From: an uncultured virus (IMG/VR IMGVR_UViG_3300042542_004481)
Lineage: Duplodnaviria; Heunggongvirae; Uroviricota; Caudoviricetes
Length of the DNA stretch: 64,000 bases
Direction: 5' to 3' (one strand)
Virus record (IMG/VR): IMGVR_UViG_3300042542_004481
Coordinates: 1 to 64,000 of that record
Part shown: positions 7,342 through 16,446 of the stretch, piece after piece
Position numbering within the stretch: position 1 is the first letter of the stretch
Layout of the letters: every line of letters starts with the position of its first letter
Notes under the pieces: model-generated
What the model saw: only the letters and a program-made list of their open reading frames with translations
The model's database searches: none
What the model was told of the DNA's origin: nothing
Program-made: the position numbers and the translations under genes

Positions 7342-7368
7342 TCAGAGCTATTCTGATATAAAGAGGTT

Positions 7369-7410
7369 GGGGCATAAGGATGTAAGAATCCTTGTGTCCC
7401 CCCTTTTTTT
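7369..7410 (+). terminator. Rho-independent terminator
   Basis: GGGGCATAAGGAT...ATCCTTGTGTCCC followed by a T run. Confidence 0.7.
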
Positions 7411-7459
7411 ACTTGTCGAAGAGACAGTTGTCTATCTTACTTTGTTAACTATACACCCT

Positions 7460-7948
7460 ATGAAAAACAAAAAGATTGCCGAGCCACATCTGAATAATGT
7501 GGAATATCAAGGTAAAATACCTACATATCAGGTAAACGCTCCGTCTTATAACGGAAAAATTTACCAAGCAGTAGAGATTACCCGTTTAACAAGTGAGCAA
7601 ATGTTCTTAGTCAACAGAGCTTTATATGGTCTCAGTGTATATACACAAAAAGAGATTTTGACTATGAAACCTGTCAAAAGAAAACGTATCTTAAAGGTCC
7701 ATAAGAAGACTGTCAGGATGCTTAATATTTGGAAACAGGAAATCATATTGACATGGTCAAATAGTTTTTTCAAAAAAGTTTTCCCTAATAGCCCAATCAC
7801 AACAGAATTATTAGGTGCATCTGAAATCGATCCTGATTTTAAGTGTACTATGAGTTTTAAAGAACTCGGGATAAACAAGAAACAACTTGTGTCAAAGCTT
7901 TTTGAAGAACGCATATTGCCACCAAATTTTTATCAACTAACATCTTAA
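7460..7948 (+). CDS. Hypothetical basic protein
   Basis: In-frame ATG 7460 downstream of the terminator. Confidence 0.7.
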   Translation: MKNKKIAEPHLNNVEYQGKIPTYQVNAPSYNGKIYQAVEITRLTSEQMFLVNRALYGLSVYTQKEILTMKPVKRKRILKVHKKTVRMLNIWKQEIILTWSNSFFKKVFPNSPITTELLGASEIDPDFKCTMSFKELGINKKQLVSKLFEERILPPNFYQLTS

Positions 7949-7953
7949 GGACT

Positions 7954-8190
7954 ATGCAAGTAGAATTTTTAGTCAACGGTGGCGTATCGCTGCTGTTGAG
8001 TCCGGAAAACGAAATGGAGGAGGCCCTTATAAAACAGCTTATGAAACAACAGAACGATATCACAGAGATCCGTTCTAGTGTCATGGTGCTTAATAAAACT
8101 TTTAGGAATGGTATTCTTATAGGTAAGAAACATCTCCGTAAAGAAGAAGAGGAAACCGATGTCGATTCGACCGAAGAAAAAACCATGTGA
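7954..8190 (+). CDS. Hypothetical protein
   Basis: 78-aa ORF within an operon-like run. Confidence 0.65.
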   Translation: MQVEFLVNGGVSLLLSPENEMEEALIKQLMKQQNDITEIRSSVMVLNKTFRNGILIGKKHLRKEEEETDVDSTEEKTM

Positions 8191-8584
8191 TGGGTGTGGA
8201 GAATCCAGAGTAATCTGGAAAAACGATGGGGGTAAACGCTATTGTCAGAAATGCTGGAGTACTCATCTCGCAAAGAAGACCGTCGTAGTAAACCAACGAA
8301 AGGCGTTGCCCCCTCGTTCTCCCAAACGCATAAAGGATGATGCAGAGTACAGCAAGAAAAGAAAAGTTTTCTTGTTAGCTAATCCTATGTGCCAGGCTCA
8401 TTTACAAGGTATATGTACGCAACACTCTACAGATGTGCATCACAAAGCAGGCCGTACTGGAGATCTTTATCTCGATGAACAGTATTGGTTAGCCGCATGT
8501 AGATCATGTCATATGTGGATTGAAAATAACCCGAAGGAAGCCCGGGATTTGAGGCTATCCATATCAAGATTAACAAACAAATGA
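8159..8584 (+). CDS. Zn-finger plus HNH endonuclease-like protein
   Basis: CxxC...CxxC at the N-terminus; CQAH..C..TDVHHKAGR...LAACRSCH HNH-like C-terminus. Confidence 0.7.
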   Translation: MSIRPKKKPCDGCGESRVIWKNDGGKRYCQKCWSTHLAKKTVVVNQRKALPPRSPKRIKDDAEYSKKRKVFLLANPMCQAHLQGICTQHSTDVHHKAGRTGDLYLDEQYWLAACRSCHMWIENNPKEARDLRLSISRLTNK

Positions 8585-8772
8585 CAGGTGTAGTAAAGTT
8601 CTTTAAAGCAGATAAAGGATATGGTTTTATTATCAATGATGAGGACAAGAAAGAATATTTTGTACACTTCCGAGATTGCGCAGATCGCATCGAAGGAGGA
8701 TATAAAGTAAGCTTTAATCTCAAAGATGGTAAGAAAGGACCTATGGCTATTAACGTAATAATTATTGAATAA
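8581..8772 (+). CDS. csp: Cold-shock domain protein
   Basis: GVVKFF..KGYGFI (RNP1) and YFVHF (RNP2), KKGPMAINV. Confidence 0.9.
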   Translation: MTGVVKFFKADKGYGFIINDEDKKEYFVHFRDCADRIEGGYKVSFNLKDGKKGPMAINVIIIE

Positions 8773-9170
8773 TGGAAGACAAGTTGGGAATAGCCGTAGT
8801 TAAAGAGGCTTGCAGACTTTGTGGAGCAGATGTTAACGATACTATTGTTATGAATACAAAGCTATCCAAAAAGAATGCTAAGAAAGTAGAAGAGCTTCAT
8901 GGTAAAGTAATCGGTTATGCTAAAGAGCCTTGTAAAGATTGCAAAGAAGCAATGACAAAAGGCTTACTTATGATTGGCGTAATAGAAGAAAAAACTGAAG
9001 ATGAAAATAACCCTTGGAGATCAGGCCATCAATGGGTTATAAAAAAAGAAAAAGCTGAAGAGTTATTTGGCGAAAACGTAGCTATACAAGGCGCAGTATT
9101 CGTAGATATCAAAGTAGCTAAACAAATGGGCCTACCTGTTTATGATTTAACACCGAAAGGATCAGCATGA
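8772..9170 (+). CDS. Hypothetical protein with CxxC pairs
   Basis: CRLC and CKDC motifs; translational coupling. Confidence 0.7.
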   Translation: MEDKLGIAVVKEACRLCGADVNDTIVMNTKLSKKNAKKVEELHGKVIGYAKEPCKDCKEAMTKGLLMIGVIEEKTEDENNPWRSGHQWVIKKEKAEELFGENVAIQGAVFVDIKVAKQMGLPVYDLTPKGSA

Positions 9171-9559
9171 AAACACTAAATTTTATAAAAGAAGAATGGG
9201 GAGGATGGTATATAGATCTTCCCGAATGGACCGGCAGTAAAGCAGATCTTGCTATGGTTGCTGGCGCAGATAAACTGTTGGATGTTCTTGCTAAGAAATC
9301 TAACAAAGTAAGTATGAATGTAGCACTCGCCCCAGTAGATGGATATCATCACTTAAAGCTTAAGAATCTTACACCAGATGCAGGTGGAGGGATGTATACT
9401 CCATCAGGAGATAAAAAGTATCCAGAAGAGATTTGGCTTTGTGATGTAACTAAATTTGTATTCGGAGGATACATGCCTACCGATATTTACTTTCAAAAAA
9501 TAACAAAGAAAGATCCATATGGAATCCAGAGATCTTATCAGATCGCGAGTACAAGATGA
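9167..9559 (+). CDS. Conserved hypothetical protein (DUF6717-like)
   Basis: WYIDLPEW...LAMVAGADKLLD...IWLCDVTKFVFG. Confidence 0.6.
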   Translation: MKTLNFIKEEWGGWYIDLPEWTGSKADLAMVAGADKLLDVLAKKSNKVSMNVALAPVDGYHHLKLKNLTPDAGGGMYTPSGDKKYPEEIWLCDVTKFVFGGYMPTDIYFQKITKKDPYGIQRSYQIASTR

Positions 9560-10616
9560 AGCACTAAAAACTGTATTGCCTCTTCATAGATGTGGCGTAG
9601 ATGTGTCGATGGGTGTTGGTAAAACACTCATCGGCCTGCGTCATATGGCGGAACACTATACTGATTATTGTAAGTTTCTTGTCGTAGCATCTAAGAAAAC
9701 TATTCTATCTGAATGGGTAAACGAAGCTAAGAAGCACGGGTTAGATCATCTCATACCTCATATTACTCTTTCAACTTATTTATCCTTGTCTAAACAAGAT
9801 AAAGATTATGACGTCGTCTATCTCGACGAGTGTCACAATCTCTTGTTTACACATGCAGAATGGTTAAGAGAATACAAGGGTAAGATACTTGGTCTAACTG
9901 GTACACCTCCTAAAGATGATCGGTCTGAAAAAGGCAAGATGGTAAATGCTTTCTGTCCTATCTGTTACAAATATGAAACAGATGATGCGGTAGATGATAA
10001 GATCCTTAATGACTATAGGATAATTGTTCATACACTTCCTCTGGACACAGCAAAAACAATGCTTGTAGAAAGTAAAGATAAGTCTTGGTATGCTTCAGAA
10101 AAAAACACTTATGATTATTGGTCACGCCGACTTGATGAGACTACTACAAAAAAAGCTCAGCAAATCATGAGTGTTATGCGTATGAAAGCTATGATGGAGT
10201 TCCCAAGCAAAGAGACTCTTGCTTTAAAACTATTTAGACAGATGTCGGACAAGTGTATACTATTTGCTAATACGCAAGAACAAGCAGATAGACTATGTCA
10301 ATACAGTTATCACAGTGGTAATTCTAACTCCGAAGAAAACTTACAAAAGTTTAAGAGTGGCGAAATAGATAAGCTCTCTGCTGTTCTTCAGCTAAACGAG
10401 GGAGTCAATATCCCTAATCTAAAATACGGTATCATACTACACGCATATGGTAATGAGCGCAAAGCATCTCAAAGAATCGGCCGATTACTCAGGCTTAATC
10501 CAGATGATGTAGCTACTGTTCATATCTTGTGTTATAGAGATACCGTAGATCAGAAGTGGGTAAAACAATCTCTTGAAAACTTTGATCAATCTAAAATTAT
10601 ATGGCAAAATAACTAG
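9519..10616 (+). CDS. Superfamily 2 helicase
   Basis: Walker A MGVGKT, DECH, LTGT (motif III), NEGVNIP, QRIGRLLR (motif VI). Confidence 0.9.
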   Translation: MESRDLIRSRVQDEALKTVLPLHRCGVDVSMGVGKTLIGLRHMAEHYTDYCKFLVVASKKTILSEWVNEAKKHGLDHLIPHITLSTYLSLSKQDKDYDVVYLDECHNLLFTHAEWLREYKGKILGLTGTPPKDDRSEKGKMVNAFCPICYKYETDDAVDDKILNDYRIIVHTLPLDTAKTMLVESKDKSWYASEKNTYDYWSRRLDETTTKKAQQIMSVMRMKAMMEFPSKETLALKLFRQMSDKCILFANTQEQADRLCQYSYHSGNSNSEENLQKFKSGEIDKLSAVLQLNEGVNIPNLKYGIILHAYGNERKASQRIGRLLRLNPDDVATVHILCYRDTVDQKWVKQSLENFDQSKIIWQNN

Positions 10617-10777
10617 TTATTGTGGTGGAATGGTAGACACACCGTGTTGATGTACGGCTTTTGCTGCCCGGCAAATAATTAATGGCTTAACAGAGCGGGC
10701 TGTAGGGCAAGATCTAAAAGGCGAAGATCTGATAATATGAGTGACAGCCTCTGCAGGTTCGAGTCCTGTCAATAACT
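10616..10777 (+). ncRNA. tRNA-like RNA with a ~95-nt variable-region insertion
   Basis: Acceptor GTTATTG/CAATAAC, D arm TGGTGGAATGGTAGACAC, T arm GCAGGTTCGAGTCCTGT; non-canonical anticodon loop. Confidence 0.7.
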
Positions 10778-10794
10778 AGTTAAATATTAATATC

Positions 10795-11067
10795 ATGAGT
10801 ATTTTAGCCCCAGAAAAAAAAGAAAAAGTGGAAAGCTCAACAGAAAAATCAAAGAACCTTGTGCTTATCAATGATGAGTACAACTCTTTCGATTTTGTTA
10901 TTAACTGTTTGATTCGCCACTGCGCACATAGTTCACAACAAGCTGAACAGTGTGCCCTTATTACGCACTACAAAGGTAAATGCGATGTAAAAAAAGGGTC
11001 TTTTAAGGATCTCGAGACCCCCTATTACGCTCTCTTATCGGAGGGTTTAACAGTAGAGATCCAATAA
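10795..11067 (+). CDS. clpS: ATP-dependent Clp protease adaptor ClpS
   Basis: LVLINDEYNSFDFVI...QAEQCALITHYKGKCDVK...GLTVEI, the Bacteroidota ClpS pattern. Confidence 0.88.
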   Translation: MSILAPEKKEKVESSTEKSKNLVLINDEYNSFDFVINCLIRHCAHSSQQAEQCALITHYKGKCDVKKGSFKDLETPYYALLSEGLTVEIQ

Positions 11068-11085
11068 TGTTTAACAAATAAAAAT

Positions 11086-11454
11086 ATGGCAAAAAGAGGA
11101 AGACCTCGTAAATATCCAAAGATGGATGTTCGAGAAAACAAAACAACAGGATCATCAAATCCTTTTCAAATTGAAGACAATGTACCTTTAACAAAAAGAG
11201 GAGGCGGAAGCGAGCTTACTATTCAGTTTTTAGAAAAGCTTTTAGAACTGCCTGTAGATAATAAATCTGCTATTGTAATTACAACATCTATTATTCCTTC
11301 TAAAAGAGAAGCGGCTTCTCTTGTAAACGGAGTAAGACATGTTATAGGAAAGCTTCCGAAGAATGATCCTAGATCTAAAATTGCTATAGCTTCTAAATCT
11401 TTTAAAGATGCTAGAGGTTATTACGTATCCACCAGAGTATGGAGGCTTCAATAA
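11086..11454 (+). CDS. Hypothetical DNA-binding protein with an AT-hook-like N-terminus
   Basis: KRGRPRK; IEDNVPL...RVWRL. Confidence 0.6.
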   Translation: MAKRGRPRKYPKMDVRENKTTGSSNPFQIEDNVPLTKRGGGSELTIQFLEKLLELPVDNKSAIVITTSIIPSKREAASLVNGVRHVIGKLPKNDPRSKIAIASKSFKDARGYYVSTRVWRLQ

Positions 11455-11654
11455 AAGATTTACGTACAAAGATTGCTTTAGATGTGTTTCAAACTTTCCT
11501 GGTAGACGCTAATGTAAGAGACAAGATATACGATATTGACTTCCAGCTTATAGCTGATAGATCAGTCAAAGCGGCAGATTGTTTACTAAAAAGTTTATCT
11601 TTGAAAGATGTCGAAACTAAAAATAAAGCACGTAAAAAAGTGCGTAAACCATAG
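11439..11654 (+). CDS. Hypothetical protein
   Basis: 71-aa ORF overlapping the upstream gene end. Confidence 0.6.
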   Translation: MEASIKDLRTKIALDVFQTFLVDANVRDKIYDIDFQLIADRSVKAADCLLKSLSLKDVETKNKARKKVRKP

Positions 11655-11747
11655 CTACAGAATGATTAGGGGCTCCAGTAGTCTTACTGGAGTTCCTATC
11701 TGGATCTGTTCTAATTGTGGTCACAGTGTATTATCAAATTAAAAACC

Positions 11748-12038
11748 ATGGCGCTTACTTCTATTGAAATAAACTGGAAAGATAACTCTACTCGTCGTCT
11801 TCAGTTTTACACCGAACAACATGAAACAGGATTATATGTAGCCGTACAGATCTGTAACGAAGATTGGAAACCTGTAGGCGAAGCAGCTGAAACAACAGAT
11901 ACTAGAGAAGAATCAGTTTATCATAAAGAGCTTCGCTTTAGTGCTGCAGAAAAGGGAGAGTTTGTAGCTCAATATTCTACTAATCCCGAGTGGAATCCTG
12001 GTTATGTATCTGAAACAGAAAACGAAGATGCTGTTTAA
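11748..12038 (+). CDS. Hypothetical protein
   Basis: In-frame ATG 11748 after an A-rich leader. Confidence 0.7.
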   Translation: MALTSIEINWKDNSTRRLQFYTEQHETGLYVAVQICNEDWKPVGEAAETTDTREESVYHKELRFSAAEKGEFVAQYSTNPEWNPGYVSETENEDAV

Positions 12039-12330
12039 AGTAGTTTGTATTAACGATAGCAATAGACCTGATGGTATCCCTACGTCAAAGTGGGTAAAAA
12101 AAGGTGTTACTTATACCGTTATACAGGTTATGAAGATGCGTATGCAAGGTGGTATGTTAGGTTTTAAACTGGACGAGATAAATCTTGATCAGTATTTTCC
12201 TTACCAATACTTTGCAGCAAACAGATTTGCTGTAATTGTAGGTGACGGTAACTATTGGGCTCAACAAGAATTAGATCGATTATTGGAAGAAGCAAAGAAA
12301 GAAGCGGCAGAAGAACCAATAGCAACATGA
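12028..12330 (+). CDS. Hypothetical protein
   Basis: MLFKVVCINDS...KKGVTYTV, a pattern common in small phage proteins. Confidence 0.7.
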   Translation: MLFKVVCINDSNRPDGIPTSKWVKKGVTYTVIQVMKMRMQGGMLGFKLDEINLDQYFPYQYFAANRFAVIVGDGNYWAQQELDRLLEEAKKEAAEEPIAT

Positions 12331-12791
12331 GCCAGTTCGAAGAAACATTATGTGAACCTCGTATTAAATACGAATGGTATTTGACGGGTCCTCAAGGGGC
12401 CCGTTATATTTTATATCCGATAAAAGACGTACACTCTGAGGAAGATGTGAATAGAGCTAAAACTTGGATTCACAAAAACCTAGATGTAGTAAGTCTTCAA
12501 GTTAGATGGGTCAAAGAAGACGATGATTTATCTATGCCGGAAAGATTACCTGACGAAGCGATTATATCTAATCTCAGACGAGAACTTGGAGCTAAAGAAG
12601 CTTATATCGAAGAGCTTGAGGAAAAGCTTAAAGAGAAAGAAGTCTCTCAGGATAGACAGCACCGCCAAGCTGTTAAGAAAGAAGACATGTATAAAAATCT
12701 TGAGAAGCAATTGAACAAGGCTAAGAAAGAGATTATTCGTTTGCACAAAGCAATATCAGATTGCGTAACTAGTAAAACTCAACAACGATGA
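12327..12791 (+). CDS. Hypothetical coiled-coil protein
   Basis: ATGA overlap with the upstream gene; C-terminal heptad pattern. Confidence 0.65.
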   Translation: MSQFEETLCEPRIKYEWYLTGPQGARYILYPIKDVHSEEDVNRAKTWIHKNLDVVSLQVRWVKEDDDLSMPERLPDEAIISNLRRELGAKEAYIEELEEKLKEKEVSQDRQHRQAVKKEDMYKNLEKQLNKAKKEIIRLHKAISDCVTSKTQQR

Positions 12792-13342
12792 AACAATTTA
12801 TTTTAGTACTAAGCAGCCTGCTATTATTATCATTTGCTCTCGCCCCGGATACTCAGAAGGTGGTTGATCATGCTAAATGGCAGACTACCCAGCAAGTTAC
12901 CTATGACGGAAGCTATAGAAAAATTGGCTATCCTAACGGGGATGTTCCAGCTAATATAGGTGTATGTACAGATGTTATAATCCGTGCCTATCGATCTATA
13001 AACCAGGATCTACAAAAGCTAATGCATCAAGATATAGTAGCTAATCCTAAAGCATACAAGATCATTAAAGCAGATAGAAACATTGATCACCGACGCGTGC
13101 GTAATATGAAACGCTTTCTAAAACGCAAGGGAGCGGAGCTAGCAATCAGTGATCCTTATCTGCCTGGTGATATTGTATTTTGGAACATAGCTGTTGGTCA
13201 TGTAGGCATCGTAGTAGATGTAAAGGTGCCGGGTACAGATCGCTACTACATAGTACACAACATAGGAGCTGGTCCAAAGATGGAAGACTTTCTATACAGT
13301 GCTACAATAGTAGGACACTACCGATGGTGGCCAACAAAATAA
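12788..13342 (+). CDS. DUF1287 (NlpC/P60-like) secreted protein
   Basis: Signal peptide; YPNGDVP..GVCTDVIIRAYR, NIDHRRVRN, GDIVFW, GHVGIV, VHNIG. Confidence 0.85.
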   Translation: MKQFILVLSSLLLLSFALAPDTQKVVDHAKWQTTQQVTYDGSYRKIGYPNGDVPANIGVCTDVIIRAYRSINQDLQKLMHQDIVANPKAYKIIKADRNIDHRRVRNMKRFLKRKGAELAISDPYLPGDIVFWNIAVGHVGIVVDVKVPGTDRYYIVHNIGAGPKMEDFLYSATIVGHYRWWPTK

Positions 13343-13350
13343 TAACAATT

Positions 13351-13414
13351 AACCACGTAGCACCTTACTTGTGTGATAGCTGTGATAATGTGGGTTCAAC
13401 TCCCTCCGTGGTTA
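13351..13414 (+). ncRNA. Degenerate tRNA-like element lacking a D arm
   Basis: Acceptor AACCACG/CGTGGTT and T arm GGGTTCAACTCCC. Confidence 0.45.
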
Positions 13415-13420
13415 CTAAAT

Positions 13421-13526
13421 AGTCAGGTGGCGGAATTGGTAGACGCTATTACCCTAAATAGTTACTGCGATGAGTGGGGTAAACTCTGGGAGATGTAACA
13501 TACAGGTTCGAATCCTGTCCTGACTA
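13421..13526 (+). ncRNA. tRNA-like RNA with aberrant anticodon arm and enlarged variable arm
   Basis: Acceptor AGTCAGG/CCTGACT, D arm TGGCGGAATTGGTAGACGC, T arm ACAGGTTCGAATCCTGT. Confidence 0.75.
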
Positions 13527-13528
13527 CT

Positions 13529-13738
13529 ATGGAAATAGTAACAAACCACAAAGGTATAGAGCTTAGAGTTGGTGATAAGATCATAATCATATCTGATAAA
13601 CTAGGAGATAGATCTCTAAGTACTGTAACCCTGGGGGAAGTACTAACCATAACAGGTTTTTCAGATGATGGAAAAATTCTGTATCACAATAACTCTTTAG
13701 CCTTACCGGTAAACAGTAATCTTTATGAGAAATCATAG
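13529..13738 (+). CDS. Hypothetical protein (SH3-like pattern)
   Basis: LRVGDKIIII...GEVLTITGF. Confidence 0.55.
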   Translation: MEIVTNHKGIELRVGDKIIIISDKLGDRSLSTVTLGEVLTITGFSDDGKILYHNNSLALPVNSNLYEKS

Positions 13739-13827
13739 TAGGCGAAGTACGCACGCCTTAGTTGTTGCGTACATGGCACTGATACTAGCAGGTATCTGCC
13801 TCTTTATAACTATGGTAAAATAGATTT

Positions 13828-14685
13828 ATGGTAGAAAAAGTAACTAGAAAGTCTATGGTCATAAGGCCCAGTGGTAGAAGCACGGACTTTATTAGTCCAA
13901 GCTTTGGCCACGGGTGCTTAGGTTTTAACTGTAGTTACTGCTACATGAAAAGGTATAAACCTACAGGTTTAACAGTAGCAACCAATACAGAAGACATACT
14001 TACAGCTATCGATCATCACGCCTGGTTTGCTACAGTAGACAAGCCTAATCAAACACACGAGGAGTTTGTTACCTATGATATCTCTTGCAATGAAGACTTC
14101 GCTTTACATCTGAAGTATCACGATTGGAAAAAGATCTTTGATTTTTTTAAGACTCACCCTATAGCAATGGGGAGCTTTGCTACTAAGTATGTAAACCCAA
14201 AGCTGTTAGACTATGATCCAGAAAAAAAGATCAGGATCAGATTTAGTCTTATGCCGGATAAGTACTCCCGGATACTTGAGCCTAATACCTCACCCATAGA
14301 TCTAAGGATTAAAAGTATAGACCAATTTGTAAAGACCGGATACGAAGTACACATCAACTTTAGTCCTGTTATTGTAACAGATGACTGGTTAGTAGAGTAT
14401 GAAGAACTGTTTAGACAAGTGGCTGCCGGGGTAGAAAATAAGAAAGAGGTAAAGGCCGAGGTTATCTTTCTTACTCATAATGAGGATAAGCACAAACATA
14501 ATCTAAACTTCGGTCTAGGAGGTGAGGATCTTTTGTGGCAACCGGATATCCAAGAGTCAAAAATATCTCAGTATGGTGGAGAAAACATAAGATATAAACA
14601 CGATCTTAAAGCTTCTTTTATTAAGCAGTGGACGGATCTTCACGATGAGGTAATCCCTTGGAACACTATACGATACATCTTCTAG
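13828..14685 (+). CDS. splB: Spore photoproduct lyase-like radical SAM protein
   Basis: GHGCLGFNCSYCYM Fe-S motif, YDISCNEDF, FATKYVN, RIRFSLMP, VHINFSPVI, SQYGGENIRY. Confidence 0.8.
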   Translation: MVEKVTRKSMVIRPSGRSTDFISPSFGHGCLGFNCSYCYMKRYKPTGLTVATNTEDILTAIDHHAWFATVDKPNQTHEEFVTYDISCNEDFALHLKYHDWKKIFDFFKTHPIAMGSFATKYVNPKLLDYDPEKKIRIRFSLMPDKYSRILEPNTSPIDLRIKSIDQFVKTGYEVHINFSPVIVTDDWLVEYEELFRQVAAGVENKKEVKAEVIFLTHNEDKHKHNLNFGLGGEDLLWQPDIQESKISQYGGENIRYKHDLKASFIKQWTDLHDEVIPWNTIRYIF

Positions 14686-14707
14686 ATATATTGTATATTT
14701 ATATTCC

Positions 14708-15178
14708 ATGATTGAGATAATAGAAAACTTTGTAGATGAGGACTTTGAAAAAGCTATAATAAGTATGGCAAAAAAAGCTCCTAAGAATACAGTTAAAGGG
14801 CGAAGCAAGATTATGCGCTGGGGATCTGATATCTACAGAGATAAAGATAACCTTAGTTTACAAATACCTGAAATATTCTTACCTCTTAAGGATAAAATCC
14901 TTTTCAACAACGCTCAGATAAACCAGTATAACGTAGGAGATTATGCTCAATGGCATATAGACGATCCGAAGATGGGAGAAACTATCCATATAATAAGTCT
15001 TCTATCAGATTGTAAGATTCGATTTAGGAAAGATGATACCGATCTTTTAATAGAAGAGCACACCCTACCCCGATTTTCTTACATGAAATTTTATGGCGAA
15101 AAAAGATGGAAATGGAAACACTCTGTCTTTGCCGATAAACCTCGTTATTCTGTAGTACTAAGAAACATGACTCTATGA
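14708..15178 (+). CDS. AlkB-like 2OG-Fe(II) oxygenase
   Basis: INQY..GD...WHID, ISLLSD, RWKWKHSV, RYSVVLR. Confidence 0.8.
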   Translation: MIEIIENFVDEDFEKAIISMAKKAPKNTVKGRSKIMRWGSDIYRDKDNLSLQIPEIFLPLKDKILFNNAQINQYNVGDYAQWHIDDPKMGETIHIISLLSDCKIRFRKDDTDLLIEEHTLPRFSYMKFYGEKRWKWKHSVFADKPRYSVVLRNMTL

Positions 15179-15378
15179 CTGTTATACACGAGATTCAACA
15201 AGTGATTTGGGTAGATACACCTTTGGGTCATGGCTGCGCTTTATTTCTTATAGACTACGGTCCTCATGAAAATACTGTATGGGTAGTAGCCCTTCAGAAA
15301 ACAAGAGAAGTAAAACACTTTAATAGCAACCAGGTAAAGGTATGTTACAACCACACATTTGATATTAACAATGAATAG
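15175..15378 (+). CDS. Hypothetical protein
   Basis: VDTPLGHGCALFLIDYG...NTVWVVAL; ATGA overlap. Confidence 0.7.
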   Translation: MTVIHEIQQVIWVDTPLGHGCALFLIDYGPHENTVWVVALQKTREVKHFNSNQVKVCYNHTFDINNE

Positions 15379-15724
15379 TATAGAAAAGTATCATGAGATC
15401 ATAGATGAGCATGGTACATGGGAAAATTATCTGGCCTATATTAAACAGATAAACAAATCAAAAAAGAAAAAGATGGAAGTAAATCTTAAAGATCTATGCC
15501 GGCAAAAGGAAACTCTTAAGTACATTGCTAGTGTTCTAAGAGAACAATCTATACTAAAAGGCTTAGCGAAAAAGTTGGAAAAGACTGTAGACTTTTACGA
15601 CGATATCGAAAGAGATCTCGAGCTCGGCGGAGAATGCATAATAGAACTAGATAAGCCTCGCTTAGAAGCTATCGAAGAAAGAAACAAAATGTTACAGTTC
15701 CTAAATCAAAGCGACGACCTATGA
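15371..15724 (+). CDS. Hypothetical protein
   Basis: ORF coupled to its neighbours. Confidence 0.6.
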   Translation: MNSIEKYHEIIDEHGTWENYLAYIKQINKSKKKKMEVNLKDLCRQKETLKYIASVLREQSILKGLAKKLEKTVDFYDDIERDLELGGECIIELDKPRLEAIEERNKMLQFLNQSDDL

Positions 15725-16038
15725 TCTATATCAAAGAAGACTTAGATAAAAGAAACAATGCTATCACAGCATTTATGGGAGGGCCAAAGTATCTTAAAGA
15801 GAAACACTTTTCCGATCTTATGGATGAAGAGTTTGAGCTCATAGGTCTAGAGGATCTACGCTTTCACAAATCCTGGGACTGGCTCATACCGGTATGGTCT
15901 AAGGTAAGATTTAAGCTTTCACCTATGGCCGTGATCGGAGCGATTACCTACATCGATGAAAACAAAATAGAAGATCTGTACGAGTTGCTGTCTAATACCT
16001 GTATAAACTGGTGTAAAGAAAACAATATCAAGCTATGA
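15721..16038 (+). CDS. Hypothetical protein
   Basis: LRFHKSWDWLIPV motif, common in small phage proteins. Confidence 0.7.
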   Translation: MIYIKEDLDKRNNAITAFMGGPKYLKEKHFSDLMDEEFELIGLEDLRFHKSWDWLIPVWSKVRFKLSPMAVIGAITYIDENKIEDLYELLSNTCINWCKENNIKL

Positions 16039-16445
16039 GTGACCACAAGAAAATGATCTACCACGGCAAGTTTATAGCTCACACCGATGGTAGCATATCC
16101 CCATTGGCTGCTTCTGACAATGAGAGGTTTAAACTATTCAAAGAAAACCTTCAGCCGGATCAGACCATAGAGGTGTTTATGGACTCGGATTTAGATAACG
16201 GGACAGTAGCTCAACTAGCTAAGATCCATGCATGTATAAGAGAACTAGCCAAGGATACTGGTTATAGTTTTGAAGACATGAAGCTTGAGGTCAAGAGACA
16301 AGCAGGCTTATGTGTAAAGAAGAATCTTGGAGGAGAAGTGTTTATGGTATGTAAATCATTTGCTGATTGCTCCAAGGATGAACTAGCCCTAGCTATTGAA
16401 GCTATCTTACAGATAGGGGATACAGTGGGCATAAACTTTAGATAA
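16035..16445 (+). CDS. NinB-like or hypothetical recombination-associated protein
   Basis: QLAKIHACIRELA..TG..FEDMK...KSFADCSKDEL. Confidence 0.5.
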   Translation: MSDHKKMIYHGKFIAHTDGSISPLAASDNERFKLFKENLQPDQTIEVFMDSDLDNGTVAQLAKIHACIRELAKDTGYSFEDMKLEVKRQAGLCVKKNLGGEVFMVCKSFADCSKDELALAIEAILQIGDTVGINFR

Positions 16446-16446
16446 G

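Noticed and set aside
10616..13526. Canonical decoding tRNAs or a group I intron-containing tRNA
   Set aside because: No 7-nt anticodon loops; the inserts are too short and lack group I core elements
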